Below are positions 61,901 through 64,000 of a stretch of 64,000 nucleotides of DNA, piece by piece (positions within the stretch are counted from its first letter, which is position 1; each line of letters begins with the position of its first letter). The DNA is from Camelus ferus. Its lineage: Eukaryota. The position numbers and the translations under genes were made by a program. The stretch spans positions 10,664,001-10,728,000 of the forward strand of contig NC_045697.1 of NCBI RefSeq assembly GCF_009834535.1. The letters are read 5' to 3'. Below the pieces are notes generated by a model that saw nothing but the letters and a program-made list of their open reading frames with translations, did no database searches and was not told the DNA's origin.

Positions 61901-62824
61901 CTTATGCAACAGAAGATGCTGGTGGACAACCAGCAGTATTTAGTGCAAAAGTGTTTTTGTCTTTGTTTTATAGAAGCAGTTGGAAACTGCGATACTAGTG
62001 TTTGATTTTAAGCAAATCCAATAGGAAAAAAAGTCAGATTTTTATTAAAAAGTTAAAGAAATATATTTTAAAACGGAAATAAACCCGAGGGGCCTTTGGT
62101 CATCAGCCGACTTGCCTCCAGCAGCGGTTAGCTCTGCCTTGTTACTCCCAGTCTCCCCTGGGAGGGAGGGACTTGCTCACTGCTGGTTCCAGCACCTAGA
62201 GCAGTTCCTGACACACAGATGACTGACAAACCTCCGTGGATAGATGGGACTGAAACCTATCGAAATGTAGTTAACTTTAAGTTATTTTGTGACTTTACAT
62301 CCTTCTCTGCTGGGTTACCAGAAATGGCAGGAACATTTCTGAAGCTCTAAATATATATAACAAGTTTCTTGCATGTATATGTATAGAGCAGAAAGTCTAA
62401 ATGCCAGCCAGACTACGAAAGTACAAAGTACAAAGAAAATCTGGACAAGTTCTGAAAGACCCTTGGTATTTATACTTCTATCCCAAAGAAACAGCTAATG
62501 AATGTGACTTATGTTGTGCCTTAGGTTTTTTTTTTTAACCAAAGCACTGTCAACTTTGACTCCCAGATGTGGAAAAGCACAGTGTGACATTCAAAACACC
62601 TGTAAAATGAAGTACCTTAATTTGCTGAGAGACATTAAATTGCCTATGATCAAGAACAAGCCTATTTTTTTTTAAAGACAAAAATCAAACATTTTGCTCC
62701 CATTAAAACCAAAAGAATAATGTGAATTAGTCCTGTCACTTGGAAATGAATTCTTATCAGAGTGGGAAATTTACTCCAGCAAATATAGCAGTAAATATTA
62801 TTAAAATAAATTCAGTGACCTTTT

Positions 62825-64000
62825 TAAAAAAGATTACAAAATTGAATTTATTGAGTTTCACACAAGATGCACTTATAAAATTAGTACTGAATGCCATTTT
62901 AACAGAAGAAATGAACATCATTCCAAACTCCCAATATATTCTGGGAAAGAAAAAAAAATCTCCCGAAAATGACAGCACAACAGAGTAATTCAAGCTGAAT
63001 TGGAAGATATACCCAAATCATATTCTTGCTCTGATGAGGGCTATGTTTGGCCAAGTTTTCCCCAGACTATTCCCATTCCTCATGGATACTGTTCCTTATG
63101 GTGAAGAGAAGACGGAAAAGAGAATAATTTAAAAATGGGGCTTCACTGACACATACAGAGCAATTTAAAGTCTTTCATTTTTAACTTAAAATACTTCCTG
63201 GTTTCACAAAACTGTTTTTGTACAATTTCCTCTTTTTACCCTATGTGAACATTAATCTTCAGATTTCTTCAGCTTTAATGCAAATTAAAATTCACTTTTG
63301 TTTTTCAAATGAACAAGCCAAATTAAAGCTTGCTTTGCATTTCATCCAGGAAATAGACAAATCACCTAAACTTAACCTTCTGCACGTCATATGCCGGAAA
63401 TAATCAGCATGAGAGCTAAACTTCAAAATGGAAACATCAAAGGGAGTAACAGTTAACAGTGACATCTGGATGTCCTGAAATTAGACATCGTAGAATTTTC
63501 ATAAAAATGCAGAAAGGTTTCTCAAGATAAAATGTGGTGGAAAGTAACTTGTCCTATGATGCAGGCCACAGACTAGTAATTAAGCAGAAATGGAATCTTG
63601 ATCTCAAATAAAACCAAAAATTATCTTTTAGCTGCTGTTCCCAACATCCACGCACATACACAGACACATGTCCCAAACACTCCATTTACTTCCCCCCCAA
63701 CACAGCTTGCCCATCCCCAGCACATGTGCACAGATGGAAAGCCGAGCACGTTCTCTAAGCCCAAGAGAGATGATGTCCCGTCCACTTAGAATATTGACTT
63801 TAAAACTTACTTTGAAAACCCAGTTAATACCTTTGAATTTTGTACACTGACAGCCTGTTCAACACCAAATCCTTTTGACTGTAACAATTTATGAAGCAAT
63901 TAGTTTTAAAGTGAAACCAGTTAACTATACATTAAAGTTAACACTGCTCTGCTTTTTCAGTATAAAAAGTGCCTTTTATAAAGGGAATTTCTATTTTATC
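62825..64000 (-). other. TAPT1: Probable distal 3' UTR of TAPT1 (terminal exon; CDS outside the window)
   Basis: Repeat-free AT-rich block with minus-strand AATAAA at 62852-62847 followed by U-rich sequence. In mammals TAPT1 lies upstream of PROM1 on the same strand. No TAPT1 coding sequence is visible, so the identity is inferred from synteny. Confidence 0.55.
62847..62852 (-). terminator. Polyadenylation signal AATAAA (probable TAPT1 3' end)
   Basis: Plus-strand tttatt; the minus strand continues ttcaattttgtaatctttttt (U-rich). Confidence 0.5.

Noticed and set aside
62740-62988. 82-aa ORF as a TAPT1 coding exon
   Set aside because: Wrong strand for TAPT1, AT-rich UTR-like sequence, and no resemblance to the TAPT1 C-terminus as I recall it.

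Overview
This is mammalian genomic DNA, most likely a camelid (Camelus or Vicugna; the species cannot be fixed from sequence alone). The assignment rests on tRNA-Ala-derived Vic-1-type SINEs and artiodactyl-type L1 3' tails. The only protein-coding sequence I can support is the first coding exon of PROM1 (prominin-1/CD133) on the minus strand: ATG at 9950, GT donor after 9731 (220 coding nt), AG acceptor before 10165. Bases 1-9730 are the following intron. A CpG island at ~14.8-16.6 kb holds the PROM1 promoter and three candidate non-coding first-exon donors. About 46 kb of repeat-rich intergenic DNA follows, with about 8 ERV1-class LTRs, MaLR/ERVL LTRs, L1, L2, MIR, DNA transposons and two N gaps. 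The AT-rich right end is probably the TAPT1 3' UTR (inferred from synteny). There is no prokaryotic, CRISPR or viral coding system here. The best candidate for undescribed biology is the PROM1 5' leader. It has an ATF4-like layout: a 3-codon uORF, then an out-of-frame uORF overlapping the start codon, then a 6-codon uORF stopping 2 nt before the ATG. Other leads are a MER41-like LTR keeping a STAT GAS site, a possible divergent TATA promoter, and an ERV env remnant beside a CpG-rich segment with two HRE cores. Repeat family names and human comparisons come from my memory of consensus sequences and need RepeatMasker/BLAST confirmation.
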